Part shown: piece by piece, positions 36,701-49,600 of the stretch | Layout of the letters: every line of letters begins with the position of its first letter | Numbering within the stretch: position 1 is the first letter of the stretch | Assembly: GCA_051362555.1 (NCBI GenBank) | Contig: CM120640.1 | Coordinates: forward strand, 47,656,788-47,720,787 | Direction: 5' to 3' | DNA from: Lingula anatina | Lineage: Eukaryota; Animalia; Brachiopoda | DNA: 64,000 nucleotides | Notes under the pieces: generated by a model | Told to the model about the DNA's origin: nothing | Seen by the model: the letters and a program-made list of their open reading frames with translations, nothing else | The model's database searches: none | Position numbers and translations under genes: made by a program

Positions 36701-39700
36701 CGAAAAGCTGCTGGTCAAGATCGGGTTGACTGGGTGAAAATGGTAGACATCAAGCCCTGCACTCAGCCCCCCCCCCCCCTACCCCAAAATAGTGTATTTG
36801 ATCGCAGACAACAATCAGCGGTCATCTTGGTCGCAGCGCATGGCGGAGAGAGACCGTAATACACAGTTCGGCTGCCGTGATGAAGGTTACCGCCGCACAT
36901 ACCGATCTGCGGTCTTAGTGGCCTCCCTGCACGGCGGAGAGGCCGTAATGCCAAGGCCGGCTTCTGCAGTGAAGGCGACGTATGCGTCGAAGACACCGAC
37001 CCGTGCACGGCAAGATGAGGACGCACTCCCGCGTAAAACTCCGCCCGATTTCAACGGTAATCGCAGATAAAGGCTGATGTCTCGGTTTCAGCGCACGGAA
37101 AAGAGCAGCGGTAACACTAAGCTTCCACAGTAAAGCTTATCTGGCCGTGGTAGACTTTAATCGCCTGCCATCTCTCCCTCCGTCCACTCCCGTTCTGAGC
37201 GCCAAGATCGTTTTCGAAAGACGACACTAGTTTCTTGCTGCCAGAATCGAGAGAAAAATGACACTACTAATAACGATGCTGTTTTGCGTCCCTAGCCAAC
37301 AATACTGCTCGTTATCTAGCACCTTTGGCCGTACACAGTGATTGGGTGAAAGTACGTGTATCCCTTTGGTCGCAATTACCGACACTCACACACCATACAT
37401 TATGGTAACTCTAAATAGATCGTCGGGAGAAGATAACAGAAGGCATAGCGACGAACAGACAACTTCCGGTCAAAATTGACAGAATTCCATGAAATTCGTA
37501 CGTTTGGAAGTTCTGAGCACCTCCATTTCATGAATTTCGGACAAAACGATCTTTTCCTAAATTTAATTATTTTCTACTGATCGAAATTCATGGCACATTA
37601 CCGTAGTAAATATGGTCTTTATCATGTATTAGTTGAATCTAACATATTTGGTTATCTTCTTTTATGTCACAAACAAATACCAAGATAAATGTTTATTACC
37701 TTTTCTGTCTTCTCCTCCAAGAGTCCATCTAAGGAAAATAGGTAGTTTGGAGAAGCCACAGTAGGAAACGCTATATCTCTTGTTGGAGAAGGGTCATCTT
37801 CAAGCTATAATTAAGTTGATATAATGTACAGTAAAAAATTGAAAATTTCGTCACTTTAAAATTAATGAGTATCTTTAAATGCCTGAATAAGACGTGGCCA
37901 TATTAGGTGACAAACTTTTCAAAATTTTCAAGAGGCCCATTTTCAAGTTTGATGAAATTTTCAGAGAAAAAAATTATATTGGCAGAGAATTGTCTTATGA
38001 AAACATTTTCAAACCCCGACTAAATTTTCAAGTTTTTACCGTATGTGAAAAACACTTGCTCTAGAACTACATGTATACACTTCACATTTATGTCACCCAT
38101 ATGCAGCTTTACCAGCATATCAGGTTACTGTCAAAGCTGAATTGTATATTCCAAATAAATATTGCCATTCACAACACAGTATTAGCAACCTGTGTGCCAA
38201 GATAAGTACATCTGTCCATTAATAATCAATCTTCATGACCGAACCAATCTTCTTTATGTTCATCATACAAATGTCCATAATTTACAGCAATTTCAATCCA
38301 ACATGCAAAGCATAAACAAACTGTTTTGTGTAGAAGTCAATCAGACATGCTATTTTAATGTCAAGGTAGAATCTAAAATTCAACATTTCTACTTGAAAAC
38401 ATACCTCTAAGTCTTTGGTAGGTGTACCAGGCACAGGTCTTGTGCTAGAATTAATTATCAACATCAAAATAAATGTGCAACCGATTGTTAAATTATTAAA
38501 TAGTAATCACACTTAAGAAAAACTTAATACCAACTTAACTGTTAAGGTCTTTATTTTTTAAACCTGTTATTTGAAGTTTAAGAGAAGATGTAGCCATTAT
38601 ACAGCTCCTCAGGTGTTTAATACTTGTGCTGCAAGTTAGCAGGTTATCTTGAAATTGCCACATATGATAATTTAGTGGCACTGGTCCCAGAAAACAAACT
38701 GACAACTGAATATTGTAAATTAAGGCTTCCAGAATCTTAACATGTAAAACAGGCGCAAACCAGTTTCCCAATAGCATGTTTTAAAGACACCTTATCCAAG
38801 CCCATCAGAGCAAATTTCTGCTCCTTTTCATTCCTGTATAGGTCATAATATTTGCATATTTGTTTTCACCATGTCTTTATATTCATAAAATGAAATCTGG
38901 CAAACCTGGCTTCTAAGATGGAAAATGGCACTTGAGGTAAATCCTCATCTTCATCTGAATCACTGCCATTAGGGCTGTCAGTGTGTGTTAGATCTAAAAA
39001 TAATATAAAGGTTCAAATGAAACAAGAAAAAAGAAAGCATAGATGTTCTAGTCTCCAAAACAAAAATTTCTAGTCAGTTAACACAGGCTAACAAAATTAG
39101 TTGTTTTTTTTCAGTCAAATAAACCAATCATTGCCATTAGCAAGGGACAATATACCTTTTTGTGAATCATGTTCCATTAACAATAACAAACTTTCTTAAG
39201 TATATCAATTACAGTTGTGACAAAAAAAAAATAAGATAAAAAACCGAAGTGAAGTTTTAATAGTCACAATTCTTGTAAATTCTAAAACTGATACCTCTCC
39301 ACCAGCTGCACACATAAACATACAGTAAATGTCTGCAAAATCAATAAACGGAGCAACACAGTCCTATCACATAAGAATACATATAAATGTAAACTGCATT
39401 TTAAATGCTACATTACCTGCCATCTTTTAAAAAGGTTGCATTTCCTCTCAGATAAAATGCAAAGTCATATCACGATTTTCCAGCTAAGTACTTTCTGCAT
39501 GCTACATTGTGCATTCGAATGCACAGTCATATTAAATTTTGCAGCCTGTCTAAGCTTTGCGTTTGACCAAACAGACTTATGCTTATCAGTCCACATTGCA
39601 GTGTAGCTCTATTGGACAACCTTTTTCAATTACGAGAAATGGGAATGTTGCATGTGCAACCTCAATGCTCAATGACCAAGTCTTAACAAGTGCTTCACTT

Positions 39701-42700
39701 TAATATCAAAACTCTTAATAATACTACAATATTGAAGCACTGCATGCATGCTTGAGCATAGCTTCACACAACCACCATCCATTTTGAATTTTTCCCTAAT
39801 ATTATCAGTTGTTACAAGGAAGTTACAAATGTATGTCTTATCAAATATCAAAGTATGATGCTTCAAGGAAATGCTGCTTTTGATGCAGGCACTTATGTAT
39901 AAGTTAGTATATTATAATAAAAGTCATAATATCTTCGCGTTTTATAAGTGCAAAGCATATTCTCATTGCTTACATTCAGTTCTATACCTAGCAAAAGGCA
40001 GTAGCAATATCCTCCTTTAAGAAATATTTTTTGTTATTATTTTTCTTCTTTCATCCTGCCCCAAACATCAGTTAAACATGAAAAGGAAATGTTTGTAACT
40101 ATAAATGTGGTCTTAAGACAGGTTGGCCTGTGGCAATGCAAAGTACTTTTTAATGCTTTTCTACTGGTGCATGCAGTAATTTAAGTGCACTCCAATGGCA
40201 AAGAATATATGTTACTAAAGATAGTGCAAGATTATTAGTGAAACATTATTAGTGTCAATCAATTCAGGCCCAAGTAGCATATTAAAATGGATGTATGCAG
40301 TATAAAAAAGATCCCAACAGAACTTGTATACAGAAGCTTTAAAGAAATGATACAACAGCCACACACAAACCAAAAGGTCCAAAACCTAACCTGAATAATA
40401 TCATTCAGGTCACTGAATTATTTTTCATTCATCAGACTGGCCTTAGTGTTCAACCATAAAAGAATTATAGTCATGAATATAATCTGGCAAATGACAAAAT
40501 TTATTTGTAATAATACACACACAAAATAGCTATGCTATGTGATCCATAATTTCAAACAAAAATCCAACCCAGCATATTATAAGAAAATATTCAAATAAAG
40601 GAAATTATTATACTTACCAAATGAATTGTCCATGAAACCAGCCTGATTGTGTTGTTTTCCTATAAAAAGATTAAATGTGCATATATGGAAGTCAATATAA
40701 AAACACGACTAGTTTAGTGCCAGTGCCCCAACAACAATATCAAATTAAAGTAAATCTAGTTTCTGTTGTAAAGTACAGCCATACCGTGCCCCAATTAACT
40801 GCATATGCAGCCAGATTTTTCTCTTGCCTTGAAATAACTATACTTGTGGGAAAGGAATCAAAACTCTTTTTTTGTGAATTTTCATTCGTGCATTAAACCT
40901 ACTCTTCCATTATGTGCATTACTAACTAGGCCATCACTTCACCCACCTGCTGCCTTTAATTCTTAGCTCAGAGTCATTTCACAAGATCTGCAACGTATTT
41001 TCTTCATTTTTTATCTGGGTCAGCAGACCTCAAGAGGTGCTGATCCATCTTTTTATTTATTAACATGAAACTTAGCTTAAATAGGCACTATTCTTTGATG
41101 AGCTACTATACGTATAAAAACCCCTAGTATATCTCATTTTTTGAAAAAAAAAAGAAAAAAAATCATACTGCCTAACATATATGGCCAACAGACTGTTTCT
41201 ACTCTTGTACAACATGAGTATGTCACACTTAAGTAAATACTCAAGGCACTTAAGGCTGATAAGATTTTATTGATCCAGCTAAAAAAAAAGGTCTTAGGTC
41301 CATGGTTATACCAGAGTATCCCCCATAAAAATTGCCAAATGATTTAAAGCTGTCATTCTTATTGACTTTTTTAAAAATTTCTACATTATTGATTGTAAAT
41401 GTTTTTATCTTAAAGGTAACATCAACAGTAATTTACCCATGTTTTGTTTCTTCATTGCATTAGTTGTTCCCTTGGATATGCCACTGAATGTGTTGGAGTC
41501 CACTGTTTCAGGGCAAGAGTCAGAGGCTTCTGCTTCTCCACCCCTTTGCAACTTCTGTGGAGTCCCTATAGCAGATTTTGTCAACAGTCTTAATTTACTC
41601 AAGGCAGACTTAAGGTTGTCTGGCTTTAACCTTTGAACGATAGGATCTTTGTTGGTTTTCCTGGTGGTCATTTCTGAGGTCACTCCGTCTTGGTGTCCAT
41701 CCTCAGACCCATATGAGGGACTATCACCACCACTTAAATTACTGCCACCAAATTCTGCTTCGATCATGGCAAATGAGTTTGTTCGTTCAATTGTCTTTGA
41801 TGATGGTAGTTGTGCTTGTCCACCATCAGCAGCTGCTTTTTCTTTGTTTGACTTTTCTTTTTCCAAACTAAAACTGTTTCTGCGACTTGCCTCCAGAGCT
41901 TGTGCTATGTGCTCTGGTAAAGCATGGGGGGAAAGGAGTTTCTTTGGCATGATTTCTTGCATTCTCTTCATGTTGCTGCCATGCAGATCACCTCTAGTAG
42001 TGTCTGAAGAACAATGGGAAGGTTCACCTTTGAATTGCTTGCCAGATTGTCCACCATGTCGGTCTTGAAAATATTTAACCTTCTGCAAGTCACTGCTAGG
42101 GTGTCTGAACCTTTTTTTCCCTTGAATTCCCTTACTTTTGGTTTTACCATGCTCATAACTGTGGTGTCTCTGTCTTGAACTGTGTTGGCCAATTTTTGAT
42201 TCTAATGAATGATTTCTGACAGAAATGCGACTTGCCGCTTTGGGCTTGGAACTTTGCTCTTGTGGGGGAAACTCAATGGTATCTGTCAAATACACTGTCT
42301 GTGAAAAATGCTCATGCTTCTGTTTGTCAATGATTTCCCCTTCTGATGCTGGGGACATGTTTAGAAAATGACTTAAAATGCCATCTGTTACAGGTTTTAG
42401 TTCAGATGAACCATCCCTTTCAGAGGGCTGTCCAGTGGTCTCCACAGATTTACCAGTCATCTTTTCACCATACACTGAGCTGTTTCCGATGTTGATACGA
42501 CCGTTTGGACTTTTTTTCGGCACAATTTTACTTATGTCTCCATCTTCAGACAAATCGCAAAGTCCTTGGTCTGAGTGATCTTGACATAGTTTCTTGGAAA
42601 CATCCTCTCTGTCATTATTACTGAAGTTTATATGTTTCATGGTAAGCAGGGCATTCTGAACTGATGAGGTTATATCTTCACCAGGACTGGTTTCCCTAGA

Positions 42701-45700
42701 CATGTCACATTTTGAATTAGCATCTCCTCTCTCTTTTTTATTGGGACCTGCATCTATACTATGTAGATGACGCTGATTGGAAACATCTTGTCCTTGATCA
42801 AGTTCCTGGAAACCAGCAGATTTCACATCACAAGCTGCCTGAGCTTGATGACAGCTAATTTTGGGTAAATTTATTTCACTATTGTGCACCAACATCTCTT
42901 TGCTTTTATTTTCTTCTCCTTCATTAAAAATCTGTGGTGATACCTTGGGATTATCCCCGGAGCCTAACAAATCTGGAGTATACCTCTTCTTTTCTCTAGC
43001 CTGGCTGCTGCTTGGTAAATCCAGTTCCATTATGGCAAGTTGATTCTCTGTATCTTTTTTCTTACAATCTATACCACTTGTGCTACTGGTATGTTTATCA
43101 TGCTTAAAAAATTCTGATCTGTGCTCAATATCAATATTTTCATTTGAGGGCATGACAGTTGTATTTTCATTCAATGGAGACTTGCCACATGTGGGTTGTT
43201 TCTGCTTATCACTTAGTAAAGCATGTGAACAAGGCATGGGGGCATAATAATCATCAAAGATATAATTAGTCTCTGTTTCTGGATGCCGTATCTTATAGAG
43301 TTCTCTGTTTTTTTGTTGATAGTGATCTACATAATTTACATCCAACCCATATTTTTCACAGTTGTCATTCAGGAAAGTCTGCGTCACGTTATCATATTGA
43401 TATGTTGCCAAGTTTTCAGCACTGAAGTAAGGGGTCCAGTAGGGTTGCCTGTAGTAGTCTATATCTGAGCATGTGTCCAGAGACTGGGAAGTGTAATTTC
43501 TATTCCTGACATTTTGTCTGATGGGGTCCAAAAGGTTAGAAGATGTAGCAGTATGAACTGATGTTCTTCTTTGTGAATGCCAAGATAATCGCTTGTGGTT
43601 ACTCGACTTTCCTATAAAAGAAAAGGACATCAAATAATTTTTCAGATTTATCAACAGATTCATTCATTCATGCAGAAGGCTGTTGTGGATAACAATTACA
43701 CACCACTAAAGACAGCATGGCTGACTTACAATCAAGGCACCAAAGAAATAGTCAAATATCAATGTAAAATAAATAAAATGTAAATAATAACACTGGGAAT
43801 AAAAAAATCATTTATGAAAGACTTAATAAATTCCTGATCATTAATTTCAGAAATCAGCGGGACGCACTTCAATTGTATACATCAATGATGAACCAGTGAG
43901 TTAAACAGTTAAATCACATAAAAGAAAATTAAAATTAAATAAAAAAGTCAAATAAAAGTATGACAATATTGACCAAATTTATAGTGTAAATTGATCAATT
44001 ATATCACACTTTCAAAAAAAAGTTTTACTTTTTTCCAATACCTGATTATCTTAAGATTCATCATTGAAATAACTTGCTGAAATATATAACAGCACATGAA
44101 CCATATTGGCATTTAAAAAATGTGTATACCTTCAAGTAGTACTACTAATTGATTGTTTTCATAAATATAAGTACTGGTGATCAATTTTGCTCTGAATTTA
44201 ATGATTGCATGTCATTAGTATTTAGAATATAGACTTATTGTGCCATACCTCTTCTAAAAGAATGCTTGTTCATCATTGATTTGACATCACTTGATGCACC
44301 TGTAACTACACTAGCACTAAAGGGAGAGCAAAGCTCTGCACCAACTACTGGAGTATGGACGGGGTCTGCGCATCTGTCAAAGGACAGGGAGTTACTAGAC
44401 TTGCAGAAAGAACTTGTATCACATGCAATTACTGATGCTTCTGAATCTCCCCCTAACCTGACTCTCTGTTTATAAGAAGCACCTATGAATAACAAGAAAA
44501 AATCTAAAAACAGTCAATTTTTTATTTCTATGTACTGGCAGTTTGGTTAAAATACTGAGGATTTATGCAGTTTCAAAGCATATTTCTGGGATTTAAAAAA
44601 TTTCTACAATGAACAAATATAACAATTTTTTAACAATCTTTCTTTAACATTCTTAAGAGGTAAGATGTTAAGACCTATTGCTTTGACTTTGAGGGACTGA
44701 GACCTATACCCAAGGTTATATCTGTACCCAGGGTTTTGTCACACAAAATATCATAGCAATATATTCCAAGTGCGGAATAAAATTACAAGAAAGGATTGGA
44801 TAGAGAACAGTTGATATCAAACAAATAGGGCAGCATGCAAGGAAGCAAGGGGAGATGTTTTAAGTGTTAACTAGGTTCAGAAGAAGCAGATAAACATAGC
44901 CACAGACATAGAAGATAGTCTGTTATGTATGAAAGTACTGCATTGGTAATAAAAAATACTGAATAGCTTTGCAAAGCATACTTCGTTGTGACACTCCAAT
45001 AATATTTGACAATATCAAATATTGGAATCATCAAGCAATACCATAATCACCTTGATGTGTTAATGCCTTGAAAAACTTTGTAACCTTTTGTACTCTGAAA
45101 ATGTGCAGAAAGTGAAATGCAGTCAAACAGTGTTTTAAGAAACATTTTAAAAATCAAAAGAAAAATACCAGTTTTGGGTACTAATATCACCTAATATCAC
45201 CTAATAAACCAATATCACCTGAGGACCAGTTATCCTTACTCTACATACCTTAACATAATGTCAAAGAATTTTCCATTCAATGTTAATAACTATCTTTTTT
45301 TTTACCTTAGTGAGAAAATTTCTAAGCTCACCATATTGGCTGGGTGATGAAAATACTGTTTCAATTCAAGAAAGAAATTCTAATTGCTATCTAAGACCAG
45401 CATGTTTTAAAAAACACATTTTGGTGTACACCTGTATTGTTTCCAATTTCTGAAAAACTATGGGTCTCAGGCAAAACTTCTACAGTCAAATATGGACCTC
45501 TGTGACTATTTTGTTGCAATGCAGAGCTATATGCACACTTGGCTGTCACCTTGATTGTATAGTAAATGATTGTTGTAAAATCGCTATATGATTAATACTC
45601 TATTTTATTGTCTCTATGGGGGTATAGGGGGACTTTACGACATTCGGTTTGAATGCTTTAACCACTTTTGATAGGGCTTTTTGCATTGTATTAGATTAAT

Positions 45701-46319
45701 GTGGCAGTCCAAGGTTGTTCTAGGTGGTTTTCAAATTTATGCACCCGGTTTTAAAATCATATAGCGATTTTACGACAATTGTTTACTATCCAATCAACAT
45801 GACAGCCGAGCGTGGCTACATGCTAGGACCTACTACTTGAACTGCCCTCAAACAAGACCCACATCTTCCTTACAGTTCAATGTAAAGCTAAAATGATTTT
45901 AAAATTGATTCAAAATACAAGACAATTTGGCAAAAATTGAAAATAGCGACCTAGTGTTGTCAGTAACCCACTAACCAATGATACACCACACGCTTCTAAC
46001 CATTTGAAAAAAGACCATCATTCTGTAATGGAATATTTTTAAGGATGCAGTATAATCCCCGGATGATTTAAAATTACGACAACAAGCTTCAGGCCTGCAA
46101 AAACGGATGCCTACATGTTGTCACGTCACCCACTGTTACACTGATGCCACGAGTGACCAAACTAAAACCAAAGTAGCGTTTTCATAAATAAATAAGTCTC
46201 GGTAAGAAAGGGATGGTTTTGGCAAATATATCGTATTCTCGACTGGTTTTATGATCAAGTTAATGAGGAAATGCAGCAATGATTTCTTACCCTTTAGACT
46301 GTTCACGTTTGCGCTTCAT
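17961..46319 (-). CDS. SLF2: SMC5-SMC6 complex localization factor 2 (FAM178A family, CANIN domain), about 1550 aa
   Basis: Minus-strand exons, phase-continuous from 44482 down: 44249-44482, 41437-43611, 40618-40659, 38906-38993, (38791-38833 or 38405-38444), 37700-37804, 30732-30776, 30322-30388, 30036-30070, 29315-29498, 28719-28814, 28237-28368, 26012-26075, 25479-25640, 24930-25010, 24209-24287, 23797-23979, 23404-23532, 22130-22213, 20357-20425, 17961-18485. Putative first exon 46291-46319 (MKRKREQSK) is less certain. Motifs ELLPQHKEMLEK, HPGETIF, CPQVFLEWLFQLMAVH, WVPSLNLLTRVFINYG..LFP...LQP, LSEHHH..RG..LQRRL, DIRD..R..VKDMMVR...KW match vertebrate SLF2 as I recall it. Confidence 0.88.
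18863..19060 (+). pseudogene. Duplicated ferritin fragment (intron 3' end plus first 43 nt of exon 15423-15554) inserted in the last SLF2 intron
   Basis: Matches 15270-15465 except one substitution and a 2-nt indel. Flanked by CATATTAT at 18855-18862 and 19061-19068. Confidence 0.92.
26203..27912 (-). mobile_element. Non-autonomous Helentron/DINE-like (HINE) element with internal satellite array
   Basis: Subterminal inverted repeats GTACCACCAGC (26243-26253) and GCTGGTGGTAC (27898-27908). Partial inverted copy at 27881-27891. Stem-loop AGAGGCG-ATAC-CGCCTCT next to the AAACTAG end. Central tandem array. Confidence 0.8.
26510..27125. repeat. Tandem repeat, about 146-bp unit, about 4 copies
   Basis: AAGTAGGTCAAAGGTCAATTTCAAGGTCA recurs (with a few substitutions) at about 26598, 26732, 26878 and 27022. 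Degenerate copies also occur at about 32450-32840. Confidence 0.9.
28491..28583. repeat. (CA)n microsatellite
   Basis: Perfect run in an SLF2 intron. Confidence 0.95.
32450..32840. repeat. Degenerate remnant of the 146-bp Helentron satellite
   Basis: AAAAGTAGGTCAAAGATCAATTTTGAGGTCACA and CAAGTTCAATAGTAAC motifs shared with 26510-27125. Confidence 0.7.
34038..37603. mobile_element. 3.57-kb non-autonomous TIR DNA transposon with TA duplication (Tc1/mariner-pogo-like) in an SLF2 intron
   Basis: Perfect 23-bp TIRs: TA|CGGTAATGTGCCATGAATTTCGA ... TCGAAATTCATGGCACATTACCG|TA. Subterminal GAATTTCG repeats, a degenerate inner inverted repeat (about 34240-34327 vs 37272-37357), internal degenerate tandem repeats and nested MITE fragments. 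No transposase ORF seen. Confidence 0.85.
45534..45814. mobile_element. MITE with about 60-bp imperfect TIRs
   Basis: CACACTTGGCTGTCA..TTGATTG..TAGTAAA..TTGTTGTAAAATCGCTATATGATT versus its reverse complement at 45755-45814. Confidence 0.75.
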
Positions 46320-46609
46320 TATTATCAGCAACAATAATTTTACAGCACTATGATTTAAAAGGAAGTTTTGTCATCCCGCCATCATGTCAATGAAACTAGG
46401 AAATAGTAGTGAGTGGAACAGAAAGACTATTTTTCTCAAATAAATAATTGTTTTATTATGATGCCAAAAAGTGATAAAAATTCCAACATATAAACAAAAA
46501 GTATTTATTGCAGATTGTCAGTGACACTTTAATTTTTATCATAAGTACATTCCGTATAAAGTGCCTGTTTTTCTATCCAGCCCTATAAGCGGAAGTGAAA
46601 CACATCAAC
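46320..46609. promoter_or_regulatory. Bidirectional promoter between SLF2 and DDRGK1
   Basis: 290 bp between divergent ATGs. ETS/GABP-type GCGGAAGTG at 46589-46597. YY1-like ATGGCGG on the minus strand at about 46376-46382. Confidence 0.65.
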
Positions 46610-49600
46610 ATGGATCCGCTGATCTACATTGCAGCTGCAATATGTGTGACTTTACTCCTGTTCTTCGTCACTCGATTTAGAAAATCATCCACTAAAGGTA
46701 AGCTATTTTACTACTCTAAACCAAGAAAAGTAAAAAAGTACTAGTTTTAATGGTAATGCCTAAAGCATTCTTGAGTCTGCAATAAAATGGACGTGCGAGG
46801 GACGTGAAATATTTTTGGTACACAGATGCAGCATTACCAATTGCATTGAGAACTTGTTCTTTACTAGTCAGGTATTGGCGTGACATCAGTGTTGCACAAT
46901 CAAACTTTATACTTAGACTAGGGGACCGTTTAGAATGATTTTTGTCGATCTGTCTAATTTGCACTAACTTCACGCGGACTATTGCTGAATGCAATTAGTT
47001 TAACTGATTAACGCGCCTGATCTGAACTTACAATCACCTTAAGATAGTCTTAATTTACCTGGTGTTAGTCTTAAATCACTTGGTGACAATATGTTAAAAA
47101 AAACGACTCAAATTAATCTCTTGGTCAGCTGAAAAAAGAGGCTCTCAAACTGCACTTTCTTCAAAATTCTGGTTGTAAATTTTACCTACTTATCTTCCTT
47201 CTAGTGCATAAAGCATAGAAAGTAAGCCGGAAATATCTGCGCAATTATCATTTTTTTTGGGGAAAATGTATTGAAACTAAGTGGTATTTTGTTTAAGTTA
47301 CACTATTTGAAACTTCGGTTGGGTTTCATGGCAATAATTTTACATAAGCACTCGTTTTATCTGCATCTTTGATATTTAATTTTTCAGTCTTTTTGCTAGC
47401 CCTTAATTGATGCAATGTTTGTAGTGCAATGCAATACAGGAGCAGTCTTATTTTGTCAGTAAAGGTGCTTATTTGCACATTTTCAAATAACAAAGTATCC
47501 CCATCAAATCTGTCCTGCCATTTTATTTGGGGATTATATCTCTAAGATGGAATGATGCCTTGCCTACAATAAGTATAAGAAAGCCACATAATCCTTTTGA
47601 CTTCTTGAAAATGGCAAAATGATTATATATTGAACCAAAAAAATCATGCCTTACCAATTTTCAGTCTTGATCATGTTTTTAGGTGAACATGGTGCTGTTA
47701 GACCTGTGGCTGTTCCAAGAGCTGCACCTCGTGCACGCGCAGACATGCCAGCAGGAGCTGCTGCAAGAAGACGTGGAAGAAATCGCATGGCAGCTGCTAG
47801 ACAGAGAAATGATGATTCAGGTTTTTCTTTTTTGTTGATGTGTTTTTCTAAAAGTTATAAACCTAAAGCTTTTAAGCAGGTGATTTTTTCAATTTCATAT
47901 TCTTATTTTGTGAGTTGCTGTTTTGAAGTATATTGGTACAAACAAATTAAAACATGTTCATGTTCGTTTTAGAAATCAAGTTTCTATTTTATTTCAAAAA
48001 AGTGATGCATATTGTAAAAATAAATTACTATGCTTCATATATAATTTTTTAAATCATAAAGAAGGTCAATAACCAAACAAAAAATGTGATATATATCTAA
48101 AATATTTTATCACCTGATTTATTCTTTGTATTAATTCCCTTCAGATTATAATGAAGATATGGATGAGGAAGACATATTTGATCAAATAGCACAACCAGAA
48201 GGAAAAGTTGGTGCCAAGAAGTTGAGGAAGCTCCAGGACAAGGCTGAAAAGAAAAGTCAGAGAGAGGTAAAATTTCTTTTTGTAAACAAAATAAGTTTTC
48301 ATTATAGTGGTGCATATTTAATAAAAATGGTGAAATTTGAAAATTAGAGGTTAAAAAAAAAATAGTAACATTCCCCACTAAAGTTGTGTTGTTTGTGCAC
48401 ATTCAAATTATATTTATATGATTTATTCCATACATGTTTTCTCCTTTGCAGGCAGAAGAACGAGAAAGGCAGGAAAGAAAGGAAAGGGAGCAGAAATTAG
48501 AAGAACTAAGAAAGAAAGAAGAAGAAAAGCGTTTGGCAGAAGAGAAAATCAAGGTGAAAACCTTATTATGAGTTTGTTACATTTTGTCACATAAAATGAA
48601 ATTAAAGCAAACACAACACATGATATCGGTTCCCACAAATTAAACCAACTTTGGCTGTGAAATACTGAAGGGAATACTGGAAATCTCATTTAATTTCCTC
48701 ACAACTTCACACTTTTCACCCACCTATTGAATTGGGCAGTATGGACTGGAGAGCTATTATGGGTCAATGTTGAATGAGTTCATTGTTGAATTCTTTTTTC
48801 TTTTTGCATAGAATACAATTTTAAATGCACCTCATAATCTCAGAAAATTATAAAGAACAGTATACTTAAATGTGTGTTCACTGATAACAGGAAGAAGAAG
48901 AGAAAAAAAGAAAAGAAGAGGAAGCACAGAGAGAGCATGAAGAGTACTTGAAAATGAAGGAACAGTTCTCTGTGGATGAAGAAGGATTGGAAGAAATGAA
49001 CTTCGAGACTAATGTGAGTGTTCCATACCACATTCAGTTCTACATAGTAAAGGATTAATCCAAGCCATTAGTAACAAGGACTTGTGATTTTATCTGTTAA
49101 ATCCACCCTTGAAAAATTATTATAAAGCGTTTAATGAACTTAAAAATTCCAAAGTAAATCATGAGAATGTCTTATTAAAGGTTGCTTAATTTAGTAATCT
49201 ACTGTATCTTATGAAAAGTACTCCTACATAAAGGTGGATGTGTTTACTAACACCCCATTTCCATTTAGATTTTTAGATCAATCTATCCCTGTGGGGAGTC
49301 TCACTAGATTACTGTCAGCTTGGCCGGCTTAAGCATCTGTCCCGCCTACTAAAAGCTGTAAGGGGGTAATTAACTATGGTGCCCGCTCAGCTGACTGCAA
49401 TTTAGCGTGAACCCCCAGGGAGTTAGGTCGATCTAAATTTTAATCTCTAGATCGATCTAAATCTCCGGGAAAGCACCCTTATATGATAATTCATTTTTTC
49501 CATCAGGAGGAGTCCTTATTACAAAGTTTTGTCAACTATATAAAGGTGGGTGAAAATTTTTGAATTTCCATTTCATAATGACTATTATTGTTAAAGGTCT

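Noticed and set aside
36611-37070. Overlapping GC-rich short ORFs
   Set aside because: They lie inside the TIR element, have no recognisable domain, and are expected from high GC.
41439-43468. Several plus-strand ORFs overlapping the large SLF2 exon
   Set aside because: Antisense shadows of a long coding exon.
41405-43663. 752-aa ORF as a stand-alone gene
   Set aside because: It is bounded by in-phase splice sites (43611, 41437) that link it to SLF2 exons.
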